Virus record (IMG/VR): IMGVR_UViG_2788500287_000116 | From: an uncultured virus (IMG/VR IMGVR_UViG_2788500287_000116) | Lineage: Duplodnaviria > Heunggongvirae > Uroviricota > Caudoviricetes | Direction: 5' to 3' (one strand) | DNA: 64,000 bases | Shown here: positions 45,730 through 56,500 of the stretch, in pieces | Numbering within the stretch: the first letter of the stretch is position 1 | Layout: each line of letters starts with the position of its first letter | Translations under genes and position numbers: made by a program | The notes under the pieces: generated by a model | Told to the model about the DNA's origin: nothing | Databases searched by the model: none | What the model saw: the letters and a program-made list of their open reading frames with translations, nothing else

Positions 45730-48354
45730 ATGAATAAAAACAAATATAGTGGAGGTGGTGGTTTCCCAAATCAATTCGCTCCTGATGAGCAAAAAGCATC
45801 TTTAGAGTACGGACTAAGAGTAGGCCAAGCAATTGAGTCAGAATGGTTCTCAAATGACTATGGTAGTTCGTCTTATGGAGAGGTTCGTTCCGAATATCTA
45901 AAAAGGAGATTGTATGCACGTGGAAAACAACCAATAGAAAAGTATAAAAACGAACTAGCTATTAATGGTGATTTGTCATACCTTAATCTTGACTGGACAC
46001 CAGTCCCTATCATACCAAAATTCGTTGACATAGTTGTAAACGGTATTTCTAATAGACTTTTAAAAGTAGATGTAGAAGCAATTGACGAGCTTTCTAGTGT
46101 TGTAAGGCAAAACTTCAAGCAAGAAGTAAGAGCAGATATGCTTGCAGCACCAATGCTTAATATGCTAAAAGAAAAAACTGGGGTGAATGCATTTAACTTT
46201 GATGAAGAAATGCTTCCACAGTCAGATGAAGAATTAAACCTATACATGAAGCTAAGGTTTAAGCAAGGTGTTGAAATAGCGCAAGAAACAGCAATAAACA
46301 CCTTATTAGAACTAAACAACTACGATGAGATTAAAAGAAGGGTTGACGAAGATAATGTTGTGTTAGGTATTTCAGCGGTAAAACATTCTTTTGATGTTCA
46401 TGATGGTGTAAAAATAGAATATGTAGACCCTATAAATCTTGTATACTCGCAAACAGAAGACCCAAACTTTAGAGATTGCTATTACTTCGGAGAGGTTAAA
46501 TCTGTGCACATAAATGAAATAAAAAAAATAAATCCAAATCTTACACAAGAAGAAATAGAAGAAATATCTAAAATTGCTGGAAGACATGATGGTTATAGAA
46601 GCACAATAAACTTACAGACCAACAGTGGTTTGGACAAATCAAACGTATCGTTGCTTTATTTTTGTTACAAAACCGATAAAGAAATTATTTATAAAGTTAA
46701 AAAGACTATGAATGGTGGTGAAAAAGCACTAAAAAAAGATGCTGATTTTAATCCACCAGCAACAGCTCAGGCAAGATTTGATAGAGTAGCAAGAAGAATA
46801 GATGTTTGGTATGAAGGTGTTATGGTTTTAGGAACAAACCGAATACTAAAATGGCAGTTAATGTCAAACATGGTTCGACCAAAATCAGCTTTTCAACAAA
46901 CGATACCACCATATTTAGTTAATGCAATCAAAATGGATAAGGGACATATTGATTCTTTAGTAAAAAGAATGATACCTTTTGCAGACCAAATACAGCTTGT
47001 CCATTTAAAATTACAACAAGTAGTGTCTAAAATGATACCAGATGGTGTATTTATAGATGCAGATGGTTTGAATAGTGTAGATTTAGGTAATGGAGCTTCA
47101 TATAATCCATCAGAAGCTTTATCTATGTATTTCCAAACAGGTTCTGTTATAGGTAGAAGCTATACTGAAGATGGTGAATTTAATAACGCTAGAGTCCCTA
47201 TACAAGAATTAACAAGCAGTGGTTCTAATGCAAAAATCAACAGCTTAATAACTATGTATAATTATCAATTAAACATGATACGTTCTGTAACTGGTATTAA
47301 TGAGGCAAGAGACGGTAGTATGCCTGATAAAAATGCATTGGTTGGTGTACAAAAACTAGCTGCACTAAATTCTAACACAGCCACAAGACATGTGTTACAT
47401 TCAGGTGTATCCTTAACAAAAAGATTGTGTGAAGCAATGTCTTGCAGAATTAGCGATATACTTATGTATTCAGATTTTGTTGAAGACTTTACACGAATGA
47501 TTGGTAAGAATAATATGGAACTTATAGCGGAAATGGAAAACATGCATCTTCATGACTTTGGTATATATATTGAATTAGAGCCAGATGAAGAAGAAAAGCA
47601 AATTCTCGAAAACAACTTACAACAAGCTATAGCCGCAAAAATGATAGATTTTTCTGACGCAATAGATGTTAGAGAGGTGAAAAACTTCTCTTTAGCAAAC
47701 CAATTGTTAAAAATTAGAAAAAGTAGAAAAGAAAAAGCTGATATGAAGAAACAGCAAATGAATATTCAGATGCAAGCTAAAGCTAATCAACAATCAGCAC
47801 AAGCTGCTTCACAAGGTAGAATGCAGGAGGAACAAATGAAAACTAAAGGTGAAGCGGAGCTTTTACAATTAAAAGCGCAACTTGATATGCAGAAAATGGA
47901 GGCAGAAGCGAAAAAAGAAGCAGAAATGATGAAGTTAAAGTTTGAGTATGATATGCAGCTTAGAAACGTAGATTCTAAGAATCTCAAGAAAAGAGAAGCG
48001 TCAAAAGAAGATAGAAAAGATAAAAGAACTCAAATGCAAGCAACTCAGCAAAGTGAGATGATTTCGCAAAGAAAACAAAATCTTCCACCAAAAGACTTTG
48101 CAAAGAAAAAAACAAAAGTAGAACAACTGACATCTAAAGGTAATATGTTTGGGCCAGCAGGATTAAATCTAATTGGCGCACAAGACAAGAAACCAATGAT
48201 GATGCCTAGTAATAATAACAATCCAATGCCTATACCTGAAGAACAACCGCAAAATATGGAACCTCAAGCACCACAAGCTATGATGTCACCAAAGCAAGAA
48301 GAAGGCGGTTTAGCAACACTTTTGACTAAACTACAGGGTGGCCAAAACATGTAA
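45730..48354 (+). CDS. Portal protein
   Basis: Follows terL; PIIPKFVDIV and TGINEAR motifs; Gln-rich C-terminal coiled coil. Confidence 0.85.
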   Translation: MNKNKYSGGGGFPNQFAPDEQKASLEYGLRVGQAIESEWFSNDYGSSSYGEVRSEYLKRRLYARGKQPIEKYKNELAINGDLSYLNLDWTPVPIIPKFVDIVVNGISNRLLKVDVEAIDELSSVVRQNFKQEVRADMLAAPMLNMLKEKTGVNAFNFDEEMLPQSDEELNLYMKLRFKQGVEIAQETAINTLLELNNYDEIKRRVDEDNVVLGISAVKHSFDVHDGVKIEYVDPINLVYSQTEDPNFRDCYYFGEVKSVHINEIKKINPNLTQEEIEEISKIAGRHDGYRSTINLQTNSGLDKSNVSLLYFCYKTDKEIIYKVKKTMNGGEKALKKDADFNPPATAQARFDRVARRIDVWYEGVMVLGTNRILKWQLMSNMVRPKSAFQQTIPPYLVNAIKMDKGHIDSLVKRMIPFADQIQLVHLKLQQVVSKMIPDGVFIDADGLNSVDLGNGASYNPSEALSMYFQTGSVIGRSYTEDGEFNNARVPIQELTSSGSNAKINSLITMYNYQLNMIRSVTGINEARDGSMPDKNALVGVQKLAALNSNTATRHVLHSGVSLTKRLCEAMSCRISDILMYSDFVEDFTRMIGKNNMELIAEMENMHLHDFGIYIELEPDEEEKQILENNLQQAIAAKMIDFSDAIDVREVKNFSLANQLLKIRKSRKEKADMKKQQMNIQMQAKANQQSAQAASQGRMQEEQMKTKGEAELLQLKAQLDMQKMEAEAKKEAEMMKLKFEYDMQLRNVDSKNLKKREASKEDRKDKRTQMQATQQSEMISQRKQNLPPKDFAKKKTKVEQLTSKGNMFGPAGLNLIGAQDKKPMMMPSNNNNPMPIPEEQPQNMEPQAPQAMMSPKQEEGGLATLLTKLQGGQNM

Positions 48355-48364
48355 AAATTTTATA

Positions 48365-48372
48365 TAAATTTG
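48365..48372 (+). promoter_or_regulatory. -7 promoter box TAAATTTG
   Basis: Upstream of the scaffold and capsid genes. Confidence 0.6.
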
Positions 48373-48394
48373 TAATAATTTAATTTAATCAACT

Positions 48395-49549
48395 ATGAGT
48401 GAAAATCAAGAAAAAGTTGACTTCAAAGTAGACTTGACTAAAACTCCTGAAGAAATTCAAGAGCAGCATCAAGCAAAAAAAGAAGAAGAAGCTAAATCCA
48501 AAAAAGAAGTCAAGGAAGAAGTTAAGGATGAGGCTGAAGAAAACGTAGAGGTAAAAGAAGAAGTAGCTGAAGAAGAAAAGAAACCTGAAGAAACACAGGA
48601 AGAAGTAAAGGCTGAAGAAAGAGACCTCACGGATAAAGAAAAAATTATAAAAGAGTATTTATCATCCACATATAATATGGATGAAGCTCAATTAAAAGAC
48701 GTTCTTTCAAATAAAGAAGATAAGGTAGAATTACCAGAAGAAGTTCAAAAATACCTTGCGTACAAAAACGACACGAAAAGAGGTATGGCTGACTTTGTCG
48801 CTGCACAAAAAGATTATTCAAAGATGAGTGACATAGATTTAATAGGTCATTATATGGCGCAAGTAAATCCAGAATACTCAACGGATGACATAAATTATCT
48901 TATGGGTCAAGAATTTGGCTATCAAAAAGATGATGAAGAAAATGTAAAGCGAGGTAAAATTCTAGCTATGAAAAAAGAATTGCGAAAAGCTAAAGAATAC
49001 TTTAGTAATGTAAAGGATAAATATCATGCTCCTCTTGAGTCAAGTGCCGAGAATGTTCCTGAAAATTATAAAAAAGCTTTAGATTTTTATAAGCAATATA
49101 GTGATGAGTCTACTAGAGCTAAGGCTAAAGAAGAAAAGAGTAGAGAGCTGTTCACTAAAAATACGAAATCGTATTTCAATGATGAATTCAAAGGTTTTGA
49201 ATTTAAAATGGGTGATAAAAAATTATTTTATAAACCAAAAAACATTGAAGAAACAGTAAATGCTCAATCCGACCTAAGTAATTTTATTTCAAAATACTTA
49301 GATAAAGATGGAAATTTAGTTAAGGCTAAAGAATATCATACAGCGCTTTCAATGGCTATGAACCCAGAAAGCTACGCTAAGTTCTTTTATGAGCAAGGCA
49401 AAGCAGATGCGGTTAACGACGTAGTTAGAGACGGCAAAAATGTTGATATGAATGTTCGAACAAATGTAGAAGCATCTAAACCAGGGCCAAAATTCAGAGT
49501 CTTACAAGATTCTAATGATTTTAGCGGTGGTTTGAAAATTAGGAAATAA
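48395..49549 (+). CDS. Capsid scaffolding protein
   Basis: E/K-rich N-terminus; lies between the portal and capsid genes. Confidence 0.7.
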   Translation: MSENQEKVDFKVDLTKTPEEIQEQHQAKKEEEAKSKKEVKEEVKDEAEENVEVKEEVAEEEKKPEETQEEVKAEERDLTDKEKIIKEYLSSTYNMDEAQLKDVLSNKEDKVELPEEVQKYLAYKNDTKRGMADFVAAQKDYSKMSDIDLIGHYMAQVNPEYSTDDINYLMGQEFGYQKDDEENVKRGKILAMKKELRKAKEYFSNVKDKYHAPLESSAENVPENYKKALDFYKQYSDESTRAKAKEEKSRELFTKNTKSYFNDEFKGFEFKMGDKKLFYKPKNIEETVNAQSDLSNFISKYLDKDGNLVKAKEYHTALSMAMNPESYAKFFYEQGKADAVNDVVRDGKNVDMNVRTNVEASKPGPKFRVLQDSNDFSGGLKIRK

Positions 49550-49574
49550 GTATAAACATTAAAAATTATTTAAA

Positions 49575-50966
49575 ATGGCACAAAGTATTAATTTTGACGG
49601 TAGTTCATCGATATCAAATGTCGGTGGTTCTACTTCGCTTACGCCTGCTCCAGTAAAATCTGTACTACAGAAATCTTACTTAGGGAGTAGTGATTACACG
49701 TTTGCTCAACAATACTTACCTGACTTATATGAGAAGGAGTTTGAAAAATATGGAAATCGTTCTGTAGCTTCTTTTTTAAGAATGGTAAGCGCTGAGCTAC
49801 CTTGTTCTTCAGACTTAATAAAGTGGAGTGAGCAAGGAAGGTTGCATATTTTAGCTACAGGTACTGTCACAGACGGTAACACGTTAGCTGTAACTGCACA
49901 CAAATTTAGAAATGGACAAACAATTATCATTAAGAAAACTGATGGCACAGGGCCTACGTTACACGCAATTGTAACTGACGCTTCTGCTGCTGACGCTGTT
50001 GATGTTGCTTGTTTAAATTTAGCGACATTAGTTGCGGTTGGTGGTTTTTCAGCTTCTGACGCAGTTTCTATGTTCGTATATGGTTCTGAATTCAAAAAAG
50101 GAACAAATGGTATGGATGGCTCTTACGATGCAGATTTCGCAGCGAAGGAAAACAATCCTATCATCTTAAAAGAGAAGTATGAAGTTTCTGGTTCTGAATT
50201 AGCTCACATTGGATGGGTTGAGGTAACAACTGAAAACGGTGCTTCTGGATACCTTTGGTATTTGAAATCAGAGCATGAAAGTAGATTAAGATTCGAAGAC
50301 TATATGGAATTAGCTATGGTTGAAGGTGTTCCTGCTGCGTCAGGTTCTGCTGCTGCATCAGCTGGATTCAAAGGTACTAAAGGTCTTTTCTATGAGGTAG
50401 AAAACAATGGTAATGTAACTTCTGGTACAATCGACGCTAGATTAGACTTAGAAGATATTGCAAAAGTTTTAGACAAAGAAGGTGCAATTCAAGAGAATGT
50501 AATGTTCGTCAATAGAGGAACAGGATTCGACATTGATAAAGTATTAGCAGCTCAGAACAACTTTGGTTCTTCAGGAGCTTCTTATGGTTTATTTGACAAT
50601 GACGAAGACATGGCATTAAATCTTGGATTCTCTGGATTTAGAATTGGATATGACTTTTATAAGAGTGACTGGAAATACCTAAATGATGCTTCTACAAGAG
50701 GTAACATTGGTGGTGTTGATGGTATTATTGTACCTGCTGGTACTATGACAGTTTATGACCAAGTACTTGGACAAAACGCTCAGAGACCTTTCTTACACGT
50801 AAGATACAGACAATCTGCATCTGAAGACAGAAAGTATAAAAACTGGGTAACAGGTTCTGCTGGTTCTGCTGGTATGAGTAGTGACTTAGATGCAATGCAA
50901 GTACACTTCTTATCAGAGAGATGTCTTGTTACGATGGGGGCAAATAACTTCATCTTAATGCAGTAA
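49575..50966 (+). CDS. Major capsid protein
   Basis: Position, 463 aa, strong terminator downstream; motifs WSEQGRLH and GTKGLF. Confidence 0.85.
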   Translation: MAQSINFDGSSSISNVGGSTSLTPAPVKSVLQKSYLGSSDYTFAQQYLPDLYEKEFEKYGNRSVASFLRMVSAELPCSSDLIKWSEQGRLHILATGTVTDGNTLAVTAHKFRNGQTIIIKKTDGTGPTLHAIVTDASAADAVDVACLNLATLVAVGGFSASDAVSMFVYGSEFKKGTNGMDGSYDADFAAKENNPIILKEKYEVSGSELAHIGWVEVTTENGASGYLWYLKSEHESRLRFEDYMELAMVEGVPAASGSAAASAGFKGTKGLFYEVENNGNVTSGTIDARLDLEDIAKVLDKEGAIQENVMFVNRGTGFDIDKVLAAQNNFGSSGASYGLFDNDEDMALNLGFSGFRIGYDFYKSDWKYLNDASTRGNIGGVDGIIVPAGTMTVYDQVLGQNAQRPFLHVRYRQSASEDRKYKNWVTGSAGSAGMSSDLDAMQVHFLSERCLVTMGANNFILMQ

Positions 50967-50974
50967 TATTTAGT

Positions 50975-51009
50975 GAGATAGGGGAGCTTCGGCTCCCTAT
51001 TCTCTTTTT
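50975..51009 (+). terminator. Intrinsic terminator after the capsid gene
   Basis: GGGAGC-TTCG-GCTCCC (UUCG loop) followed by a T tract. Confidence 0.85.
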
Positions 51010-51031
51010 AATTTAATTTAATTTTAATAAA

Positions 51032-51808
51032 ATGGCAAAAGCAAATAGTAAACAAAAGTATGGGTATGAAACAGTTTACCCAAACCTAGAAATAAAACCT
51101 AGAATATTTCTATTACACGGAAACAAAAGACCACTAAGGTTTATGTTACCTGTAAAACATTCAAATTCAAAACCTCTTTTATATTTTGACGGCAGTATGA
51201 ATAGAGCTCTTAGATGGGCTACTAATCAGACGAGTCCTTTTGTTGATGAGCAAGATGGTTTGGCTACAGTTGAACCAATAATCTTTGAAGATGGTAAATT
51301 AATGGTGCAAGAATACAACTCAAATCTTGTAAAGTTTTTGTATTTACATCCAGATTTCAATCAGAAGTTTTATGAGTTTGATGCAGAAAGAGACGCAAAC
51401 AAGCAAGTAGAAGATTTAACATCTTCTCTAGATGCGCAAGTAGCAGCAAAAGACTTGGATATTAGTGACTTAGAAGCTATCGCAAGAGTAGTTATGAAGT
51501 CAGGGGTTAGCAATTTAACATCTTCAGAGTTAAGGAGAGATATGATTATATATGCTAGAAATAACCCTGTCGAGTTTAATAATTTATTGAACGATGAAAA
51601 TCTTAAGTTAAGAAACCTAGCAGTTAGAGCTATTGAAGAAGGAATTTTAATTTTAAAAGGAGACCAAAGGACAGTAGTTTGGGCTGGAGAAAAAAACAAA
51701 ACAGTAATGGTAGCTCCTTTTGGAGAGAACGTATATTCAGCTTTAGCTTTGTTTTTTAAGACGGACGAAGGTTTAGATGTAATGCAAAACATTACCAATA
51801 AGTTATAA
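51032..51808 (+). CDS. Conserved hypothetical protein downstream of the capsid gene
   Basis: 258-aa ORF. Confidence 0.65.
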   Translation: MAKANSKQKYGYETVYPNLEIKPRIFLLHGNKRPLRFMLPVKHSNSKPLLYFDGSMNRALRWATNQTSPFVDEQDGLATVEPIIFEDGKLMVQEYNSNLVKFLYLHPDFNQKFYEFDAERDANKQVEDLTSSLDAQVAAKDLDISDLEAIARVVMKSGVSNLTSSELRRDMIIYARNNPVEFNNLLNDENLKLRNLAVRAIEEGILILKGDQRTVVWAGEKNKTVMVAPFGENVYSALALFFKTDEGLDVMQNITNKL

Positions 51809-51836
51809 AACTAGAAGAAACCGTGGAAGGGTAAAG

Positions 51837-51866
51837 AGGGGTCTCATTTATTGAGCCCCTTTTTTT
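51837..51866 (+). terminator. Intrinsic terminator
   Basis: AGGGG-T-CTCA...TGAG-CCCCT followed by a T tract. A TATTTTTG box follows at 51869-51876. Confidence 0.75.
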
Positions 51867-51890
51867 ATTATTTTTGTAAAAAATATACTC

Positions 51891-52643
51891 ATGATTAACA
51901 GCGTAAGAAACACAGTATTGTTTTTATTAAATAAAGATAATAGAGGGTATATATCACCACTAGAGTATAATCAATATGCTAAATTAGCTCAACTAGAAAT
52001 ATTTGAATCATATTTTGGAGATTATGCGAGACAAACGCAACTTCAAAATACAAGAAAAAGAGCATTAGGTTATGGAGATATAGTAGCACAAACTCGAAAT
52101 AAAATTGATGTTTTTTCAACCTCAGCAACACTCACTTATAACGACGTACAAGACGGAGGTGTTGCGAGTGTCGGAGAAGCTAGAGATTATTTTAACCTTC
52201 CAAATAATTTTTACAGATTAATCAATTTAACATATAACGGAAAAGTATTAGAAGAAATACCGAAAGTAAAATTTGATATGATTATTGATAGCAACTTAAA
52301 TACGCCATCATTAACATACCCTATATATTACCAGCAAGATTCGAGAATCTATGCTAGACCTCTCAGTATAAACTATACAGCATCAACACCACAAGGTAGC
52401 GAAATACCACTGATAATGAATTATATCAGGAAGCCAAATGACCCAATATGGGGGTATAACACTATACAAGGAGACCCTGTTTATAATTCAACAACAAGTA
52501 CGCCTTTTGAAATATCAGAAGCGCATGAAATAGATTTAGTTATTAAAATTTGTGGATACGCTGGTTTGGCAATAAGAGAGGCTGATGTTGTAACTGTTAT
52601 GCAGGGTAAGGAGCAACAAGAAGTACAACTAGATAATTCATAA
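51891..52643 (+). CDS. Head-tail adaptor / ring protein
   Basis: Position; motifs AQLEIFE, YIRKP and HEIDLV. Confidence 0.65.
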   Translation: MINSVRNTVLFLLNKDNRGYISPLEYNQYAKLAQLEIFESYFGDYARQTQLQNTRKRALGYGDIVAQTRNKIDVFSTSATLTYNDVQDGGVASVGEARDYFNLPNNFYRLINLTYNGKVLEEIPKVKFDMIIDSNLNTPSLTYPIYYQQDSRIYARPLSINYTASTPQGSEIPLIMNYIRKPNDPIWGYNTIQGDPVYNSTTSTPFEISEAHEIDLVIKICGYAGLAIREADVVTVMQGKEQQEVQLDNS

Positions 52644-52645
52644 TT

Positions 52646-53533
52646 ATGCCGACAATAGGACAATCAATAACGCAAAGAGAGTATTACACTAACAGTGGTG
52701 ATAATCCAACCTATGACAATTGGGGGACTTATCAGTATATGTTACTAGAGGATATTATAAATAATTTTTTACTAACCTATGTTGGGGATGATAAACTAAT
52801 AAATAAAGTAGAGAGATATGAAGTTATATTCCACGCAAAGAGAGCTATACAGGAGCTTCATTATGATGCTCTAAGAGAGATACAAGGGTTTGAACTTGAG
52901 GTTCCTGATACTCTTAAAATACCACTACCACACGACTTTGTTAGTTTAGTGAAGGTTGGGTATGTAAGTGAAGATGGGATGATATTTACTATAAATCAAA
53001 ATTTTAACTCCTCAACACCAAAATCATATTTACAAGACGGTACTGTTCACAAGAACATTTTGTTTGATAACAATGATAATGCTTTGAGAGGTACGCCTGT
53101 AGTAGAAGAAAACTGGAGAGAAGGAACAGAGGGTGATGTAGATAAGCCGACAAGAGAGCATGCTGGAGGTAGATATGGTTTAGACCCAGCTACGACAAAT
53201 GGTAATGGTAGCTATCTAATAGATAAAGACCAAGGATTTGTTTTATTTAGCTCAAATTTAAAAGGTAAAAATATAGTCATTGAATATGTTTCAGATGGAT
53301 TATATGGTTATGCTGAAAGCGAAATAAAAATACACAAACTTGCAGAAACTTTTATGTATGATTACCTTGTTTCCACAATATTAAAAGGTAAATTTGGAGT
53401 TCAGGAGTTTGTTGTAAGGAGAGCTCAAAAACAAGCCTCAGCATCACTTAGAAACGCGAAGATAAGGCTCAACTCTATAAAGCTTGGAGAACTAACCCAG
53501 TTATTGAAGGGTAAAAATAAGTGGATAAAGTAG
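52646..53533 (+). CDS. Structural (ring/adaptor) protein
   Basis: Position before the nozzle gene; LPHDFV motif. Confidence 0.6.
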   Translation: MPTIGQSITQREYYTNSGDNPTYDNWGTYQYMLLEDIINNFLLTYVGDDKLINKVERYEVIFHAKRAIQELHYDALREIQGFELEVPDTLKIPLPHDFVSLVKVGYVSEDGMIFTINQNFNSSTPKSYLQDGTVHKNILFDNNDNALRGTPVVEENWREGTEGDVDKPTREHAGGRYGLDPATTNGNGSYLIDKDQGFVLFSSNLKGKNIVIEYVSDGLYGYAESEIKIHKLAETFMYDYLVSTILKGKFGVQEFVVRRAQKQASASLRNAKIRLNSIKLGELTQLLKGKNKWIK

Positions 53534-53534
53534 C

Positions 53535-56500
53535 ATGAAGATAAAAAATATATTTTCCGCAGGTCGAATGAATAAAGATTTCGACGAAAGAATAGTACCA
53601 AAGGGAGAGTACATTGACGCTTTAAATGTCAGAGTTGTAAATAGCGCAGATGGTGACGCTGGAGCAATTCAATCTACAGAAGGAAACACACAACTAAGCA
53701 ACATAAGTGTTACAGGTTCTCCTAGAGTTATAGGTTGTGTTACTGACGAATCTACAGAAAGAATTTATTGGTTTGTTGTAAACAATGTTGGACATAGTTA
53801 TGTTTTCGAGTACGATACACAAAGTAATTTTCAAAGAACAATATTAGAGGATACAAGAGCGGCAGCTACAAACGTATTGAAGTTTGATGTGATGCACAAA
53901 GTATATGGTAACGTAATATATAATGTAAGTAAGAAAGAAAATATATTATTGTTTACAGACGGTTTAAACTCACCAAAACTAGTAAATATTGAGAGAGCTA
54001 TATCTTATGGGCCAAATGGGTTTGAAGAAGATGATATTTCTTTGATAAGAAAGCCACCATTTGAAGCCCCACAAGTTACTCCTTTCTTTACTAATGATAA
54101 AACAGAAAACTCTATAAAAGAAAACTTTTTTGCATTTGCCTACAGGTATAAGTACTTAGACGGTCAATATTCAGCATTATCATCTTTTACAAATTATCAG
54201 TTTCATCCTTCACCATTCAAACTTGATTTTGGAACCATGGAAAACAAAGGAATGGTAAATCTTTACAATGGTTACAACATACAATATAATACTGGAGATA
54301 AAAGAGTAACTGACATTGATTTATGTTTTAAGTTTGCTAAACAAAATACCGTTTATGTAATTGAAAGCATAAACAAAGCAGATAGTGATTTTGGAGATGA
54401 TATGACTAAAACATATCAATTTACCAACAAAAAAATATTTAAAGCTTTACCAGCTGATGAGTTGTTTAGAATATTTGATGACGTTCCTTTAACTGCAAAA
54501 ACTCAAGATTTTATAAAAGATAGGTTGATTTTTGGAAATACAACCTCTCAATATGATTTGAGACAAACGAATGATGACAAAACTCCACCAATAAAAATAG
54601 ATTATAATGTTGAATTAGAATCAAAGGATATTGATGCAACTCAACTTACAACAACACTAAGTAACAGCAACCAAAATATAACAATAGATGTAAGTAATAT
54701 TATTTTCGAAGTAAATAGTGAATTAGTTTTTGGAGTAGATTTAACATCACCTGAAGATACGTATTTATCTGCTGCTTTTGGAAATGGTAGTGCTAGTTTT
54801 GCAGCAGGAGCAGTTCTTACAGCTACATATTCTGGAGTAAATGCTTTTGTAAATTCAGACGATTTTTCAATTTTCCTGCAATCACTAAATTCAAACTTTG
54901 CTGCTCAAGCAACTGTTACAAACCCAACCAACCTTTTGTCTACTGACTTTGGAGAATTTACTTTAGTATCATCTTCGACTACCACTATTGTTTTAAAAGC
55001 CCCAAAAATTACATTTACTATAGACACAACACCAGCTGATAGCACTGATAACACAAACCCAGGATTTCAGTTAATTAGAGAAAATCAGTTTACTTTTCAA
55101 AGCACAACAGTTGCTTCATTTGCAGCATTAGGCTCTACCTTATCGTTAAAAAGCAATAGAAGTTTCGAATTTGGTATTACATATTTAGATGAGTTTGGAA
55201 GATATACTTCAGTTTTATTACCAAAAGAAAGCGTAACGTCAACTTCTGAAATATTCGTTCCAGTAGGTAACTCTATGAAGCAAAATAGAGCAAAAATAAC
55301 AATCAACAGCAGACCACCTTTTTGGGCTAATAGATATAAGTTTTTTGTAAAAACAAATAAAGAAGTTTACTACAATTTATTTGGAACAATTTTTTACGAA
55401 GATGGAGTTTACAGATGGATTTCATTAGAAGGTAATAATATAGGAAAAGTAGAGCCTGGAACCATGCTTTTAGTTAAAAGAGATGATGATGGAGCTCTAG
55501 GAGAAGAAGTAAAATGCAAAGTTTTAGAGGTTGTAGATAAAAAAGCAACTGATGAGTTGTCAGCTGGACAATCATGGATTGAGGGTAACACTGATGGTGC
55601 AGGAGAGCCTATAGTAGAAAAGGCTGGGTTACACATGAAGATAAAACCATCTAAATTTAGTATGGATTTTGACCCAAACAATTTTATTTCTTACGACCAA
55701 ACTGACCACAAAAGTAGAGGTAAAAAAACAAGAAGAACAAAAGTTCACTTACCTTCTTTACCTCGTAATTTTACAATCAGCCAAAATAGTGGAGATGATT
55801 CCACTTTTGGGTTTTTACAAAGAATCAACGCAGCTGGAAGTGCTTACAATGATTTAAAGTTAAGCACAGGAAGTAGGATAGATATTGATTGGTCTTTAAA
55901 TGGTTTTAATGCAGACCCATCTTTCCATTATGAAAAAGGTTTTACAGTAGAAAATGATTATGAATCGACAGCAACTGTGAATGCTTTTGAGCTTTGGGCT
56001 GATGCAGAAACAAATTGGGCTAAAACATCAATTACTTATGCAGTGAATGGTGTAACACACACCGTCAATCAATTTACTGTTCCATCTCAAAACAATGAGA
56101 ACGAGGAGTTTACTTTTTTCCTATACAAAGACACAGGAAATCCCAATCAAGCCAATCAAACTAGATGGACAATGCGAATTGAACCATCTGAAAGTGCAGC
56201 TTTTTTTGAAAGAAATACTCTAAACTGTAAAATTGATATAATCCTTTTAAATGGAGTCATTGTGTTTGAAACAGACCCACAAGAGCTCAATAGCGAAGTA
56301 TATTATGAAACAGATGAAACATTTAGAATAGAAAGTGGATTTCATCAAGGTTCAGAGCAAAATCAAGGCAGTTCACAACCAGCTATAGTAAAACTTAATT
56401 TTGGTAATTGTTTCTCCTTTGCTAATGGCGTCGAAAGTATATCTATTAGAGATGATAGATTCACTCCTTTTATGGATTTGGACACAAGACCTAACATAAA

